Shown one piece after another: positions 13,503 to 26,789 of a stretch of DNA of 64,000 bases. The DNA is taken from assembly GCA_021613535.1 (NCBI GenBank), contig CP075493.1, forward strand, positions 3,906,001-3,970,000, in the 5' to 3' direction. A program made the translations under genes and the position numbers. The notes beneath the pieces were generated by a model that did no database searches, was not told the origin of the DNA, and saw nothing but the letters and a program-made list of their open reading frames with translations. The stretch comes from Adineta vaga (Eukaryota > Animalia > Rotifera). How positions within the stretch are numbered: the stretch's first letter is position 1; each line of letters opens with the position of its first letter.

Positions 13503-15657
13503 TTAAACATCATGTGTAAGACTTGTTGGTGAAGATGTTGATGGGAGAAAAACTTGATAAATATTCTGATCAGATTTTTGATTATGAACTGTTTGAGTTG
13601 GTATTATATATTGTAATGTACTGTAACTAGTCGATTCTAAATATTCTTTATCATAAGGTGATTTACCCATGAAACTATTTCGTTTTGTTGAAACATGTTC
13701 CATCGTTTGATTTGTTCGTTGATAACCAGAACGAATAGCTTGACGAAATGAATTTGTACGATAAATAGGAGAAAAGATTTCGTCTTGACTTTCGTTGGGT
13801 AATTGATAGATTTGATTCGATAAGGAAGTTTTCCGTTGTTGTTGTTGTTGCTGTTGCTGTTGATGATGAATAGGAGACATATAAATTGCAGATGATGGAG
13901 TAACAGATAATGATGAAAGAGATTTTTCTGCTATTACACGACGATGTTTTTGTCGTTGACGTACCCAACAGAATGCACCTATCAAAACAAGAATAGATGT
14001 TCCAAGAAGACCCGCAATTATGCCAAGAGCAATTCGAAGACGTAAATCAGTTGAACTATATATACATAAGAAAAAGACATGATCAATATTCAAGAAAAAA
14101 GTTTTCAATATTTACTCATTGGAATCATTTGTTTTCGTCGTTGTTATAACAAGATTATCAATGCATTGATTATTCGAACAAGTTTGCCCATATGGACATC
14201 GACGAATAGTATCAAAAGTTGTACAATTAATTGAATTAACAGGTAATTCACAAACATAAGAATTATTTCGTTGAATTTTTAGTGTATCACTTGGACAAAT
14301 ACATAGATAATTGTTTGTTGAATTACACCATGAGACACAACGTGTAGGAAATATACTACAATTACTTGTATTTAATGTATCAGCACAATAAAATGAATTT
14401 GAATACGAAACAAGAGAATTTGCTGAAAGACAAGTACATGTCAATGATGTTGGAGAACAAGTTGTTAAAGATGATGAGCCACAATTATCAGTCGAAGGAT
14501 TGCAGGTAGTTCCTAGAAAGAAGAAAATAATCAATAACAAGTTTTCAAGGTTATTTGAGAGTTGAAGTATCTCTACTGATGTTCACATCAAAATAAAACA
14601 GAAAGATCTTCAAATTCTAATTCAATAGTAATGTAGTAGAAAAGATTGATTTCCGAGAACTTATCTCTATTATTCATTATAATCAACCAAATATCGAAAA
14701 ATTTGATGTTAATTACTCTAAAAGAAAACTCCTAGAAAGACTAAATCAAGTTTTTCAATTCTACTTGATAAATTACAAAAAAAAGAAGAGTTATTATTTC
14801 CGTTCAACTTCAAGGACATGTCGAATAGTTTTTTTTATATACTTTTCAATGCCATTGTCTAAGTGAATTTGTTCTTTAGTTGAAATATACATTTTTTTCT
14901 CTCTTCTTCTCAATAACAAAACAAAACATATTTATATCACAATGAAATGTAATATTTGTTTCTTAATCCCATCAAACCATCAATTGTATGGCTGTTTTTG
15001 TTCACATTTAATAAAAAAAACGTACATCTAACATGTATCATCATTGATATGTAAATCTTGTCTGTATACCTTGAGCGACTGCCCGTCTATGAGAAACTTA
15101 CCAACAGGTTTTTCATAATCAATTTGAATATCAAAAATTGTCTGAGGATCAGTTATAAATAGACCATTATTAATTGAACAGTTCGTTAATTGATATCGTC
15201 CTTGTTTAAGATATAAACCCATTTGATTGATTTGTATTGAATTTGATGAATAGTTAAATGGTGTTAGTTGAACACGAATTGGTTCGGAATCACGTGATGT
15301 TAATGTTGTACCAGCAACAGTTTTTAATTGACAAGAATGAACAATAGATGCACAATCGAAAAATATGGGAAATGGAACAAGATAAGTTGAGGTAGAAAAT
15401 GGATAGATAAGACCAATTTCAAATATTGAAGATGATAATGGTAATGATAAAAATGTATAACTAGCAGTAAGTTTAATGGATGTATGATTAAGAAATTGAA
15501 ATTGATTCGCAACAGCAGTGTTTGTTAAATATGTATTATTTGCAAATGAACAACCGTACACCAATGTCGGGGTGGATATCGTTGTTGTTGTTTGTTGAGA
15601 ATTTATTGTTTGGATATAGAGGAAAAGAAGAAACACCATAAACATCGCATAGACCAT
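13503..15657 (-). CDS. Type I single-pass membrane protein with Cys-rich (EB/EGF-like) ectodomain; exons 15657-15102, 14512-14116, 14055-13503
   Basis: Signal peptide (MVYAMFMVFLLFLYIQTINS), Cys-rich exon, TM helix IALGIIAGLLGTSILVLIGAFCWV followed by basic RQRQKHRR, Tyr-containing tail; splice phases are compatible. Confidence 0.8.
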
Positions 15658-18600
15658 ACACCATTGCGACTTGTCACAAAGTAAGAACGACAAAATCAGA
15701 TGTCTGAAATTGATGTAGCTCAGTTAAACCAAGACAAAGAAAGAGAAAGAGAGAAGAAACGAAGGAAGAAGTATATTTATGTCACTCGGTATGCATCATC
15801 AAGACAGAAGGAAAGAGAATGCATGCATGCGAAACACATTTTAACAGAGCAAAGCATCTAATCGATGAAAAAGAACAAAAGAATCTTAGCTTCCTTCTCT
15901 CCCTGTCTTTTATTGCTCTATTTCATTACATGAACATTTTTTTCTAATTAAATTCATTAATTAAAACTATTCCATAAGAAAGAAAATCGATATGTCAATC
16001 TTACCTTTTTAAAACATCTGCAAGTATTTTAAAATTAATTGAAAGTAAATCAGAAGAGAAAGAAAAAACGAAATTTCATATAAGATTGAAAATGTTTGAT
16101 ATATTAACTAGTATACTTCGCATGCAAACACTTCGAAATCATATATATATATATATTAAAAAAAAGTAATCAATTATCAAGTATCTTCTTTCTAGTAAAT
16201 ACATTAAAAAATAACACTCACTTGTAAAAGATTCTACGGCACAAGTTCACTGTATGTAGACATAGTTGATCTAATTATATAAGCGATTTTGTTCTATACA
16301 ACAATGATCAAATCGAATCTATTCCCTGTCTCACATAAATGTGTGAACGGATACTTTCGTTATCGATTTATTCAGTTTGAGGTAAGACTGATTATAATCG
16401 TTAGGTAAAAAAAACATATGTATGATCTCTTCTCTAATCTTGACAAGATTACCTTAGTTTGTCTCTCTCGCTTTCTCTCATTAGTAAATACTTTTCTCTT
16501 CCGATCAATCGTTTCGATTTTTTTACATTTCTCTTTGTATACCTGACTGAACTTGGTTGGTGATTATACCAATATCGTTTATGAAGAGAGCCGCCACGAG
16601 TGTTAGTAGTGCGACTAATTTCATGTGTCAATATTTGCCAATGAACATTTATATTTCTATATATAAGTGGTTAATTCGAATAACACATGTATATACACAT
16701 GAACGCTTCCAGCTATTTATCAATATTCCAATTCGTCTTATGAAAGCATATACTCATTTTTTCTCTCGTTGTCATCGCTCTTTTTTTTCTGTCTTTTGTT
16801 TCCTGTAATAGAGCCACGCGCCATGATTGATGTGGCACATACTTCGTAATTATTCCATAATGACTTTCAAAATATGTGTATTCAAAAGTGTGATTACGTA
16901 TTACCTTGATACCATATGTTCCCATGAAAAGTTAAAGAAGAAAGAAATGATGAGATCTATTGTTTGAACATTGATTCAATGAATATTTTATTTTTCTATT
17001 CTTATATAGAAGAGACGGAAAAAATCGTTCACTTCCAGTGTCAATAGAAAAAAAAATGACGACAACGAGGAGAAGAATTCACCATTAAAGATTCAAGTGT
17101 CTTTGACGCTTTTTTATGTTCTATCTATCTCGATTTCTTTTCTTCTCTTTTACAAATAATCAATATTAAGAAAAAGAATCGAGTATACACACACATATGC
17201 ATACATTTCTTTGAGACTAAATGTACAATTGTTTATGCTCGAGAGACCAGTTGAAAAGTATGTTTAGGGTATTGTTTGATGTTAAAATATTCACACACAT
17301 AGTATGAATGTCGAACAATGAAAGTGGACACTTGTCGTTTTGTTATACATATATATATACAAATACGAGTAGAAGAACTAATGAAATCAAAGAACAATAT
17401 ATATATATATCATATCTTTGTTGCCGAAAGCAAATGTCTAATATATATAGCTATATCTATTCTCTGATTGATGTTTCGGTTTGATATAAAAGAATTGATT
17501 TCATTGACATTGAATTAAATGATAGTGATTGCAATGAGAAAAAGACATAAATCGATCGAAATTTGTTAGTCGATCAAGTTACTAAGTTAAATGGATACAT
17601 CTTATCTTTAATAGCTAGTCAACATATGAATATTACACTAAAAAAGCAAACTTGAAATAAAATGTCTGATAATAGTAGACATCGAATAAACAAGAAGAAG
17701 AAATTTTAATCATCTACCCAATGAAACCTCATTATAACTAGTATAATCATTGTCATGATCATTGGTATCAAATTCCTCTCATAAAAAAGAAACATAAATA
17801 TAATCATTCGATTCTATTGCCTATTACTACATTTAATTGTTATTTGTCGACAGTTGTCCGACTTGACTGTGATACATTTTTCATCTAGTCATATTTTTTC
17901 TGAATTCACTATGCCTGTTGTTCAATGTATGTGTCTTTCTCTCTCTCTCTCACTCAGCAGTAATAACATCTCTTTGGTTTCTGTTACACAGTGAGTGATG
18001 ACGCGAACTACTGTCTATTTGCATTGACATTCAATCTTATTTCTGCTTTCTTTTCTCTATTATTACGATAAGAAATGCGATGAACATGTGCATATAACTG
18101 TGGACTGATTTGATCATTTTCTATATGGTTCATCTTACATATGAAAATGAAAGGTAGCCTATAAACTGCCAAGACTTCCAAGGCTGCTATATATACATAC
18201 AGATGCACACGTGCATGCATATAAATAGCTTCTCGTCGATAATCGAATCAATCGGTGGCAATAGTAATAGTAGACAGTATAAATAATCGACATATATATA
18301 TATATACGTATGTTTCGATGAAGTTATGCAAGTCGTACATATACAGAATATCAAAGAAAAATAAATACGAAGAACGTGCAAGTCAACCTAATATATTGGT
18401 TGATACAATAATCGAAATAAAAAGTGGTATTTGAATCGACTAGATGTTCATATACACGAATATTTCGATAGTATTTTTCTTTCTTTGATCAGAGTAACAA
18501 TAAATTAGTTGATTGATTATTTTACTAGAAAAATAATTCTATATTCTTTTCTAATGATAATATTTCATGTTGATCAAAGAGAAATTAATGAATCGTATTT

Positions 18601-19846
18601 GTCTTAAGATTTTTATTTCTATCAAAACAACACAAGGTTTTCTATCTGTAATTATCGTTTCTCGATAATTAACCATAGATATCTGGTTTCGATCATTGAG
18701 CATTCACAGGAAATATTTGTCTAGATAGAAATGAATCATTTATTATTGAATTTTAAGATCGATATTCATCTAAAATGAATAGACGAAAAGAAAAACATTA
18801 CGAAAGATTTGTAATCAATACAGAACGAGTTAATTATTTCTGTTTTGAATTTCATAGGTTTTTCATTGAAATGATATTCGAGAAGTTTCGATCTTTCGAA
18901 TCAAAGATCATTATTAATGAAAAAAAAAAGAAATCAGATCTTTTGATTTCTTTATGTTAATTTGATGGAAAATAATTGTCAAAAGAAAACCTTGATGAGA
19001 ATATTTACTCGATATCAATATACAATTTTGTTATTTTGTCCAAATATGATGTTTAAACTTGTTTGAATCGTTTCTTTTTTTTTGCGTCAGTTAAATTATA
19101 AGTGATTTATGTCTTTATAGAACAAGTTTAATGAAGAGAAAACTGTTTTCTTCTTTCTTTTTGTTTAAACATGTAGAAATAATTATTAGTGAATAGATTA
19201 TATTGAAATGTTTACTAAATAACAACAAGGTCCTTTTTTTTCTGTCAAAGTGCATGTCTAATTTTATCATTTTCATATGAAAAACAAAAGAAGTAGAGGA
19301 AAAAATGAATGATAATTGTCTTGCTTGATTCTGACAGTGACTAACATCCAATTTCAGTTAGAATGTCATTCTGATTTGACGTAACTAAGGAAAAAAGAAT
19401 TCACTGTGTTATCTATGAATTTCATTCTAAATGAATGGTACATTTAGATAGCATCGTTTTAAGAAGCATTTGAACTATCTCAAGTATTAAAATAATGTTT
19501 TTTGTACATAATCAAATTCTACCGTGTTACAAATATATTTATTTCATCATGAGAATCATCTTTTACCAAACTCACGTGACGTCGACTATGTCATTACGGA
19601 TTTTTTCCAGTATATTCTTCAATGATAATGCATGTTAATGAAGATATAAGATTTATCAGTTTTTGACTTTGAAATAATGAGAAGTTTCTTTTTTATTAAT
19701 AATAACTTGTTGAAAGTAGATGTATTTATGTCTTCTACCGTTAAGAATTGCAGTTTTTAATGTCTATTTTGAGATATAAAAGAAAAACATTTAGCATATT
19801 ATCACTCATAGATCTGAAAATCCATATATTCATTTTGATTTTGCCA

Positions 19847-20893
19847 ATGAATTTTTCCAACGAAGGAACGAATCAAACTTATGTCGATTATTCGAATGAT
19901 GATCAACTCTTTGCTTTTTCCGATATATCATTTTCATATCCTTTTCGATTTTGGTTACTTCTTTCCTTTGATATACCAGCAATTCTATTTACTTTAATCG
20001 TTTTATTTTATCTTCTTACCAATTCAACTCAACGTAAATCCTTACATAATCATACATTTATCATACTTCTTTGTTTGACATTATTCATATTATGCATTGA
20101 TATTCCATTGTATATTAATTATTGTCGATTAGGATATGTTTCACCAGAAAGTCCTTTTATTTGCTATATATGGTGGACTTCTAATGTGCTTTTTAATGGC
20201 ACATCATATCTTTTAATGAGTTTAGCATCAATTGAAAGACATATATTAATATTTCATAGTAGTTGGTTATCAACAAAAATCAAACGATTTTTCTTTCATT
20301 ATTTACCTCATATAATTCTTTTAATCTATAGTTTTACTTTCTATTATCTGGCATTTTTCTTTTCATCATGTGAGAATTATTTTATTTATACAATACCATA
20401 TTGTGCATATCCATGCTATTTTTATCTAACAGAAATGGTTAATTTTTGGGATTTATTCTTTCATGGTGCATTACCACCATTAATTATTACATTATTTAAT
20501 ATTTTTCTTCTTATTCGTGTTATTTATCAAAAACATATTCATCTTCAACAGCCAATTGTCTGGAGAAAACATCGTCGAATGACAATACAAGTTGTCAGCG
20601 TTTCATTCTTATATCTCCTCATTTGTTTTCCAACAATGATTATAACACTATGTAAATTCTTTGGAATTTCAACATTTATTGGCGATGAAATCTTGAAATA
20701 TACATATTTCTTTACTTATTTTATTGGTTTTCTATTACCATATGTTTGTTTAGCAACGTTACCAGAATTACGATTGAAATTGAAGAACATTTTTATCTAT
20801 TCATGGTTATGTAAAAATCCAAATCGTGTGCAACCGTTTCATGATCCAACATTTGCAACTCGAAGAAGACAAACAGTTAATCACGCATGGTAA
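19847..20893 (+). CDS. Orphan rhodopsin-like GPCR, intronless
   Basis: Seven hydrophobic segments, N-terminal N-glycosylation sites, ERH at the DRY position (ASIERHILIF), basic IL3 (WRKHRRMTIQ); start set at the MNFS ATG. Confidence 0.85.
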   Translation: MNFSNEGTNQTYVDYSNDDQLFAFSDISFSYPFRFWLLLSFDIPAILFTLIVLFYLLTNSTQRKSLHNHTFIILLCLTLFILCIDIPLYINYCRLGYVSPESPFICYIWWTSNVLFNGTSYLLMSLASIERHILIFHSSWLSTKIKRFFFHYLPHIILLIYSFTFYYLAFFFSSCENYFIYTIPYCAYPCYFYLTEMVNFWDLFFHGALPPLIITLFNIFLLIRVIYQKHIHLQQPIVWRKHRRMTIQVVSVSFLYLLICFPTMIITLCKFFGISTFIGDEILKYTYFFTYFIGFLLPYVCLATLPELRLKLKNIFIYSWLCKNPNRVQPFHDPTFATRRRQTVNHAW

Positions 20894-21358
20894 ATTTATG
20901 AACACAAAAGAAATATGTACTGAATACTTTAAAAGAATAAGACAAGAGGTATCTCATGCATAATAAATCGATTATCATAGGGCTTCTTGTTTTTTTCAAA
21001 TCTATAAATGGAAAAAAAAAACTATTCTTAATAACATAGCTAAAACTACCGAATGATCTTTTTCAAGAAATAAACTATTGAAACAGAGCAATCAATTCAC
21101 TATTCAACAAATACATAAATTTTGATGAGCGTTTTGCATCAAATGATAAAGTGAAATATATGTCAAAGCAAATCTCATCTACAACATTATATGCTGAAGC
21201 AGAATATTATGATTTAATCTTTGAAGATTATTTACGCTTTTGCTACATTTACATTTAGTTTCAACAAATATATCATACCTAAAGTTTCAGAAAAATAAAA
21301 CGTCATTCGATATCTCATCAAAATGTAGTAAGCATTTGACAATATTTTTAAGAAAAGT

Positions 21359-22345
21359 ATGGAAATAGATGAAAGTATAAATAATACTGCTTTTAGTAAT
21401 ACGGAAATTTCCTTGTCACGTCCAGTTCGTTTTTGGCTTCTTCTATTTTGTGATATTCCATCTATTATTTGCAGTTTATTACTTCTTCATTATCTAATTT
21501 TTGATCGTATAGCACGAAATGCATTGAATAATCATGTTATTATTCTCGTACTTAGTCTTGGTTTAACAACACAAATAATTGAAATTCCATTCTATTTGGC
21601 ATTTATTGGCAATGAAGGAATTGTGATACCATCTTATCCAGCAACATGTTTATCATGGTGGTTTGTTAGCTTTGGAATGTATAATGGCGGAACATTATTA
21701 ATGGCTTGGGCAGCTTTTGAACGACATATTTTAGTATTTCATTATCAATTAACAGTAACACGACGCAGCCGTTTCTTCATACATTATTTGCCGATTTCAA
21801 TTCTTTTATTGTATATCTTTACTTTTTATATCTATGTTTTATTCTTTTTTCCTTGTGAAAATGCTTATGAATATGAGGTACCTATATGTGGTGCATTTCC
21901 ATGTTATCAACAAGATTCATTTATTGGTATATGGGAATTTATTGTCAATAATATAATTCCAAGTTTATTAGTCGCATTTTTGAGTATGGCTTTACTCATT
22001 CGTGTTATTCGACAAAAACGTCGTCTTAATCAACGTGTTCAATGGGATAAACAACGAAAGATGATTATTCAATTGGCATCATTATCTTTATTGAATATTG
22101 TATTTAATGTTCCATTGAATCTTATATCTCTTGCTCGTCTTTGTGGTCTCCCAGAAGATTATGGTGTTGATGCACAACAATATTTCTATTTTTCATGTTA
22201 TTTCTTAATTTTTCTTTTTCCATTTGTTTGTTTAACTTCCTATTCAGAATTATGTATGAAAGTTAAACGAAAACTTCTTTGTTGTAACAGTCGACCGAAA
22301 ACTAGTACAGTGCGCAGTGCTTGGATTACGAATGATAGACATTGA
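21359..22345 (+). CDS. Orphan rhodopsin-like GPCR, tandem paralog of 19847-20893
   Basis: Shared blocks RFWLLL..DIP, L.NH, ERHIL.FH, RFF.HYLP, CEN, LLIRVI.QK. Confidence 0.85.
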   Translation: MEIDESINNTAFSNTEISLSRPVRFWLLLFCDIPSIICSLLLLHYLIFDRIARNALNNHVIILVLSLGLTTQIIEIPFYLAFIGNEGIVIPSYPATCLSWWFVSFGMYNGGTLLMAWAAFERHILVFHYQLTVTRRSRFFIHYLPISILLLYIFTFYIYVLFFFPCENAYEYEVPICGAFPCYQQDSFIGIWEFIVNNIIPSLLVAFLSMALLIRVIRQKRRLNQRVQWDKQRKMIIQLASLSLLNIVFNVPLNLISLARLCGLPEDYGVDAQQYFYFSCYFLIFLFPFVCLTSYSELCMKVKRKLLCCNSRPKTSTVRSAWITNDRH

Positions 22346-23244
22346 ATGGTTTTCTACTTTGAAAATAAAGCATACATTTCGTTGGATCAATTTATTCTAT
22401 CTTTTAATTTGCATTTTAGATACGCATTCAAACAAAATTAGATATGCAACTATTAACTTGTGATGAGAATTTCTGTAATATTTGAGACAAATATCAGCAT
22501 CTATTATCCTGTTGAAGATAAGTACAATTGGCATTGATAAGAAGAAAGGTGTCTATCACTGAATTTTTCATAATTTATCAAACACTGACGTTTACTCTTG
22601 GTTTGTTTAAAAAGTACATTTTTGCAATGTACTTTATGTGAACTATTGATATCCAGACAAAATTATTTTGAGCTGTTTATATTTCATAAATGGATTATAG
22701 GTCTTCTTTGCATATCAATAAAACTACAAAAATATGTCTTATTTATTGAATGAAATGAGTTAACATCTATCTCAATTGTACTATCGATGGTTGATACATC
22801 AACAGTTGTATGTATTGTAAATAAATCAGACGTACTGGGAAATAATAAACAAAACAAAAAAACGAAAATTCCAACATTTCAAATAGAAATACTTACACTG
22901 AAGTTACCATAGGTGAGACTGATGATACATATAACAAATCCGTTATTGTTAATTGTACGGTATTTTCTGTATCTTGGTAACTAAGAGCAATAACTTGATT
23001 TAAAACATTCTTTTTTCATTATCAGTTTGATCTTATATATTTAACAATAAATTATCTATTCTATGACATAGGTTTTCTTACATTCAATTCAGTGATAGTT
23101 TTTTTACTGTTTTAAATTTATATTTAAAGATATTCTTTCCTTCTTCATACGTAAATAGATGAAATTCTGTCGTTTTCGTAGTTGTGTGCTTTTGATAGAA
23201 TGTTTATAGTTACATTTCAACATTTCGACATGAGAATGTTTTTT

Positions 23245-24088
23245 GACTTATATTTAATTGAGCAATAAAAATATTGGAATGAGCAATATATATAATGAAT
23301 GAGCGATAATTATACTGAATGAGGGATAATTAGATGAAATGAGCAATAATTGATTTAAATAAAATAATGTATGTATAAAAAGGGCAATAATAATCCGTTC
23401 ATTTGATACAAATGTCTCAATTGAAACGTGTAGCAGACTATATGTCTGATTCTGAAAATGACATGGAAATGCAATCTTCAAGCAATAATGAGGATGAGGG
23501 TGTAGGTAGAGGCGGCGCCAGGATTTTTGCTTTAGGGGGGCTGAGCCTCCCCAAACAAAAATGTTGAGGGGGCTCAGCCCCCGTCAGCTCTCCCCCCCCC
23601 CCATGGCGTCGCCACTAGGTGTGGGTGTGAGGGTAAGGGTGGGTCTGAATATAACAAAGACACCCACATCCAGACCTTGCACCTGTCCATCATTCATGAA
23701 AAACTATATTTGCAAGCACACCGTTGGTATGTCCATTAGATTGAAATATTGCAAACCTCCACCTGGGGCAAAAAATGTAGAAATTGGTACAAAAAGAAAA
23801 AGAGGCAGACCATCGAAAGCAAAAAAAGCTTTATTAATTCAATGATTAGTTATATATATTCCATTTTTCTTTTTTTTTCTTGCCAATTGTAAAGAAAAAT
23901 AATTTCGTTTTTTCCTTTTTTGTTGCTCAAGTATGAAATTAATATTGTTATGTAATAAACTATTTATTGTTCATTTAATATTATAAAATTGCTCAGATAA
24001 TGTTTTCTTATTGCTCGAAAGTTACTGCTAAATCATGTTTTAATTATTGCTCATTCCAATATTTTTATTTCTCAAATAAATACAAGCC
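23245..24088 (+). mobile_element. Internally deleted Mutator-like (MULE) DNA transposon
   Basis: 44 bp TIRs with 4 mismatches (23245-23288 / 24045-24088), perfect 9 bp TSD ATGTTTTTT (23236-23244, 24089-24097), residual SWIM finger CTCPSFMKNYICKH and AT-hook KRGRPS. Confidence 0.9.
23507..23617. mobile_element. hAT-type MITE nested in the MULE
   Basis: TIRs TAGAGGCGGCGCCA / TGGCGTCGCCACTA, internal GGGGGCTGAGCC/GGCTCAGCCCCC inverted repeat, 8 bp TSD GGTGTAGG / GGTGTGGG (7/8), GC-rich relative to flanks. Confidence 0.8.
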
Positions 24089-25682
24089 ATGTTTTTTTTA
24101 TTAGATTTTGTTTAATACAAAGTACTCTTTGCCCTTAAGATCATCTTGGTAGATCGTCTACTAAATACTTAAATTTTGAATTTACTTTCAGAAAAACTGT
24201 AATTCTATTGCCGTTTGTGTTAGTCATCTTTTTTGAAGTTATTTGCAATTCATTTAGAAGAAAAATACGTCTGTTATTGCGTGTATTCATCTGAATATGA
24301 CTATTGAGTAAAGTATTATTTCAAATGTATTTTCATCATACTACACATAAGTATGACCGATACGTCTTCCAAAATATATCATGCTAATTTTCGTGCTTTG
24401 ATTTAGTGAGTATGAAGTTCTTTGTATGTCAAATACAAATACAACTTAGAAGAAGTAAATCAAGAACCATGAAGTATTCACCAATCAATTATTTATTCCA
24501 TGTCATTTCTCACCTATTTGTTTCGTTCATTTAAATCAAGTAGGAATATAATTACAAAAGAAATTCTTGATAAAAAGGAGTTCAATAAACTATTCTTTTT
24601 CTATGTATTTCTTTATATCATATGTGCATGATTCATTTATAATCACTCCGAAGTGCTTTTACCGTTCAACGTCCCTATTTTTATGAACAGAATAAATATA
24701 ATGAAGAGTGCTACAACCTTTCATAATTATTATGGAAATGAAAAAAAACAGAATTTTCTAATTTAATAAATTGTTTAGTTAATATAGTTTTATAATGTCG
24801 TGATTCATGTTGATAGATCTAATAAAATATGACTTTATTTATAAGAACATTGCGGACATGATGTATTTCTTACTTTTGAGACCGGGAATTACCGATGTAT
24901 TCTTTTGAACTTTGTCTTCTATGTAAACTTAGAATAGAACTGATGTAACTGAATTGTAAATATTGTCTTTTTTTTCTTCGAAAATAGAAAGATTTGTTAT
25001 TATTTGGTCGTTGAATTCTCAATGACATTGTATAGAAGATAAGCATTTGCAATAACGATGTGAGTTTTGTTCGATGATAGTAAACTGGAAAGATCTTCTT
25101 TTCGTACTGCAATCATTTCATATGAATTAAAGATTTATCTATCGATACATCCAATCTTATTTCCAACATCTGTAATAGATGCGACTGGTATATCTATTTA
25201 TTAGAGAAGAATACGATCTGAGTTACAAAAAGAGAAAGTTAATTAGTTCAAAAGATCCAATATAAGATTTGAGGATTGTCTAAATAATCATCAAAATTAG
25301 TTTTCTCATCAATAAAAGAAATTCAATCTATCAGAGTTCGTTTAACATCGAACGATCTTTGTGTCATCCAGAATTATGGTGACATCATCATAGAAATGAG
25401 AAAAGGCACTAAATAATAGGTAAGAATCAGGATAGATGTCAAGTACTTCTAGAGACATTTCTTTTCATAATTTTTCCAATTATAACGAACGATGACATAT
25501 TTAAGGTTGTGACCATTTTCATTCATTTGTTATTATGATAGATACAATAAACACGATCGAGACAAATATTTTGCTTTCCTTGAAGCAAAAAAATCTATTT
25601 CAAGGATAAATGTTTTTTGAACCTGTTCTTTTCACAATTCAGAAACATTCTATAACATTTTTTGACCTGATTTTAGAATACT

Positions 25683-26789
25683 ATGGACAACTGTACCAGT
25701 GATGATGATAGAACGACGAAATCAATCATACGTTATCTTAATATTCATATGAATCTATTTTATTTAATCTTCGGTAATATTGGTAATCTATTAAAAGTAG
25801 CCTTTTTCCTTCAAAAACCATTACGTACTCTTCCATGTACTGTTTATATACTTTCGGCGACGTTAAGTGATTTTGTCACTTTAAATAATTTACCTGCACT
25901 TCAATTACTTACTCATTTATATCCTAATCATCATTGGATTAAAGTTACTGTCGATTGGTCAAATCATCGGAATGATTCGATGTTAATTTACTATACAGTT
26001 TCTACATATGATATAGTTATATGTAAAGTACGAAGTTATTTACATATGTTAAGTACAGATTTGTCATCGCAAATGCTTGTTTTTGCATCAATTAATCGTT
26101 TTTACTTTAGTTATTTACGAAAAAAACGTCAAAAGAATAGTTTTTCTATCAATAGAATCTTTTCTCATTTTCCCTATGTTCATAAACTATGTTTTACATC
26201 ATTGATTATTTGTGCATTATTATCCACTCATCATCTACTCAATTTTACAGTTCAATCAACAAGTAAAGGTTGTACTCCGCGTTATAGAATCCTTTGGATA
26301 AGTTGGATTCTTACGATCCATTGTTTTCTTTTACCAATGTTAATGATTATTTTCGGCCTTTTGACATTAAATAATCTACGTCATATCAATCTTTTTTGTC
26401 ATTGTCTTGATCATTATCGCGAACGGGTAAAACAAAAGCGTTTTACTCAAATGTGTGCTTATTGTACACGATGTCAAAATACATTTCAACATAAAATTGA
26501 TAAACAGCTAACAGGAATGATTATTAGCGAAATAGTTGTTTCCGTTTTTACTTCATTACCGTATGCGACATATACTTTATATTACTTTTTAAATGAAAAT
26601 CGAATAAAAACAACAAGCGATATTAATAGAATGGAATGGATCTCATTATTAATTCGAATGAGTATGTATTTTGAAGCCACTTGTGGATTTTATATCTATT
26701 TAATGACATTAACAACATTAAGAAAACGTTTTGTTAAAATATTTATGAAAAAAATCTCAACAATATGTCTCTGTTTTTCATCGAAATAA
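25683..26789 (+). CDS. Orphan rhodopsin-like GPCR, intronless
   Basis: GNIGN in TM1, LSD in TM2, CKVRSY at TM3 start, ASINRF at the DRY position, FYIY..T...LRKRF after TM7. Confidence 0.85.
   Translation: MDNCTSDDDRTTKSIIRYLNIHMNLFYLIFGNIGNLLKVAFFLQKPLRTLPCTVYILSATLSDFVTLNNLPALQLLTHLYPNHHWIKVTVDWSNHRNDSMLIYYTVSTYDIVICKVRSYLHMLSTDLSSQMLVFASINRFYFSYLRKKRQKNSFSINRIFSHFPYVHKLCFTSLIICALLSTHHLLNFTVQSTSKGCTPRYRILWISWILTIHCFLLPMLMIIFGLLTLNNLRHINLFCHCLDHYRERVKQKRFTQMCAYCTRCQNTFQHKIDKQLTGMIISEIVVSVFTSLPYATYTLYYFLNENRIKTTSDINRMEWISLLIRMSMYFEATCGFYIYLMTLTTLRKRFVKIFMKKISTICLCFSSK

Noticed and set aside
16449-19351. Short ORFs in the long non-coding tract
   Set aside because: No domains and microsatellite-derived composition
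23561-23845. 94 aa ORF as a host gene
   Set aside because: Chimera: it starts inside the MITE and ends in the MULE transposase remnant
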